This document shows, piece by piece, positions 61,571-64,000 of a DNA stretch of 64,000 bases (the stretch's first letter is position 1; each line of letters starts with the position of its first letter). A program made the translations under genes and the position numbers. The notes beneath the pieces were generated by a model, which was given only the letters and a program-made list of their open reading frames with translations, was not told the origin of the DNA and made no database searches. This DNA comes from Harriotta raleighana (taxonomy: Eukaryota). The DNA lies in assembly GCA_050575255.1 (NCBI GenBank), contig JBNZDD010013599.1, forward strand, positions 1,677,053-1,741,052, in the 5' to 3' direction.

Positions 61571-64000
61571 CCATTTAATAGGTTCTCCTTTCACAAAGTG
61601 TCACTTGATTGGACTGGATATCGGCAGCTCTGATGTGGGAACTGGTGCTGCTTAACTTCTGTGCGTAGGCCAGATTCCCTGAGACTGCAAGAACTCGTTT
61701 CAGTGCTTCCATCGCAGCATATGAACTGAAAATGAACCAAGAACTTTATTTTAATGTTAAAATATGTGAGGGTGCACAGTGCACGTGTGCTGCTGCCCAC
61801 CTTTTGATGGGTATGCACTGAATTTTAATGAATGCGTTGGATCGAGATTCAACCAGGGTTTGAAACGAAATATATCGGAATGATTATGAACTCACATCTG
61901 CTCTTTGCGCTACTCCCACCGTCCAGAATTCGCCTGCTCCAGTTTCTTTGGAACAAAGAAATGAAACGAGCAAAAGAAAAAAAAATACCCATCAGGTATT
62001 GGCCGCCCTATTGAGAACACTTATTATATCCAGGACAGTTCACCTTGGTCTGTGTCCAGGACTGTGCTATGAATCTGTTACACCGAGGGCAGACTTATGG
62101 TGTCGAGTCTGTCTGTTATCCGTGGCATAAGAACCGCAGTCACCAAATGAAATGAAGTTGACTGAAGCCACACACAATGCCTGTTGTTCTTCAGTTGATC
62201 TCTGTGGCTGTTTGAGAAACAAATGAGAAATTTGTCTTCGCTGCGACAGCTTTAGAAACCTGTGTAAGACAAGCGCACGATCGGGAAGATATACAATAGC
62301 TATTTCCTGCACACATGTTGCTAAGTGGCAATTCTATTTAGATGGGTATGCAATTTTTTTTTAACTTCAGGCTGCCTTAAAATTGATCTTCACCATGAGA
62401 AACACATGAATGCTTTTAATAAGGTGGAATTTTTTTCTCCTTTGAGGGTCGAGGGTTCATTATTCAGATTCTTTCCCATTTCGCACAAAGACTGCTTTGG
62501 CCGTCGGATATTCAGCCGTGTTTATTTAGGACCAGAAAGTAAGGAAGCAATGATTTTAGAATGGTTGAATAGAGGTCTCCTGAGGATTTGCATAAAGCAG
62601 TATGAAAGAGGCAGAATCGTGTTTCAGCACAGTTTGAGGGAAGAGGGAACAAGAATTTTCTTTTCTGGCTAATAAAGAATTCATGATAATCTTCCTGATG
62701 CAAGTGGAGGGTGGAAGGAATGGAAGAGGTGACAGTGACATAGTGTGAATGTATTGATACCTCAGCTGGCACTGGAGAATAGGAGGGGGGGGGTGGGCTG
62801 GAAGAATCGAGGACAGCTGCCAGTTAGCTGTCAAAGCAATGGAGAAATTTTAATTTGCATCATGATTAACTGAAGGCTGCTCATTGAAGATATTGACAAG
62901 GAGGAGCCTTGGAGAAGGGATGCGCAGGGCAAATCAAACCCGAGCTTTTGTTTCTTGAGTAAGCATAGATTAGGTGGATTAGTGTTTAGGTTTTCGGTGA
63001 ACGTTTATAAAAAGGTGCTGGAGACAGGCTGATCTGTTCATCCACTAAATACAGCTGAGTGAATGCAACTTTTGAGAGACATGGGAATCAGCCAGAGAGA
63101 GAGAGAGAGGGGGAGAGGTGGTGGGGGGGAGATTTGAAACGGAGTCAAAATGATCAACGGCTAAAAGTTAAGGGAGTTCTTCACCGACAAAACTTAGGAA
63201 GATGGAGCGAACACGCCATGCGATATTCTAGCAGCTGCTCACGTTTGCGCTTTGCGTGCATTTGCGATGTGACTTGTGTGCAGCCTCACTGCGGTGTCTT
63301 TGTTGAGCTCAGCGCTTTGTCGAAAGTCACTGTGTAATCATGTGGAAACTTCAATGATTGCCACAGGACCAGTGTGTCCCTACACATCCCGGATAATGGA
63401 GTGTCAACGCAAAATGGATGGGAAAGTTGTGGTTTATTGGCTTCATGTGCTGGTTATAAACCCTAACTAGATGATGGATTGGAGAGAACTGTAAGTAAAT
63501 TCAAGCATCTTTTCCTGTATTGATTTACAACAGTTGACTCCAGACGCCTTCATTATATTGGTTATCCATCATATTTAGTAGATCTCTCTTTCGGAGTTGT
63601 GCAGATATATATATTTTTAAATGGGGGGGCGGGGGGGGGTTATTTGAGTTTGTAAAATATGACGTTTACCTTCCTTAATGAGTGCGTGAAAAACATCTCG
63701 TGTTTGTGCAGTTTGTTTCGCGGGTTTGCAATTGTAATATTGATCTCCACTGTTACGTTGCTGTTTAGAATTGTTGCTTTTCTGGTGACGCAGGTGAATT
63801 CATTCAAACGAAGTCATGCTCGAATAATGCTGGCTCAGAAACCTGAGTGTGCATTTCACTGCTCTTGTTGCACTCAGACCCACTTTAAATGGTCCCTAAT
63901 CCTTTACGCCTTGCGTCGTTGTCCTTTTTTCCTCCAATATACAAATAAATAAATAGCCTATCCAGCTAATACTTCCAATGAAGAACTTATCTCAACGCGT

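Noticed and set aside
1040-63952. The many 60-170 aa ORFs in the supplied track
   Set aside because: Apart from the two KIF26A exons and the L2 relic, they show no recognisable protein motifs, often use GTG/TTG starts, and overlap SINEs, microsatellites, G tracts or N gaps. They are expected noise in intronic DNA.

Overview
Eukaryotic (vertebrate) genomic DNA, almost entirely intronic. The repeat content points to a cartilaginous fish, probably a holocephalan (chimaera or elephant shark); this is an inference from recalled repeat consensus sequences. The only supportable protein-coding sequence is two + strand exons of the kinesin-11 gene KIF26A, at 38238-38750 and 47756-47922, both with canonical AG/GT boundaries and equivalent to the early N-terminal exons. 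The flanking introns run off both window ends (>38 kb upstream, >16 kb downstream). The introns hold about 20 copies or fragments of a ~310-bp tRNA-derived SINE with an L2-type tail, older Deu-domain and LF-SINE-like relics, a second old SINE-like family, L2 and CR1 LINE fragments, two TA-flanked pogo/Tigger-like MITEs and a Penelope-type terminal repeat with a hammerhead-ribozyme core. There are many G/C tracts, and numerous single-N junction duplications are assembly artefacts. Nearly all other ORFs in the track are spurious. I found no convincing novel gene system; the best leads are RNA-level hypotheses (hammerhead motif, inverted SINE pairs around a symmetric exon).
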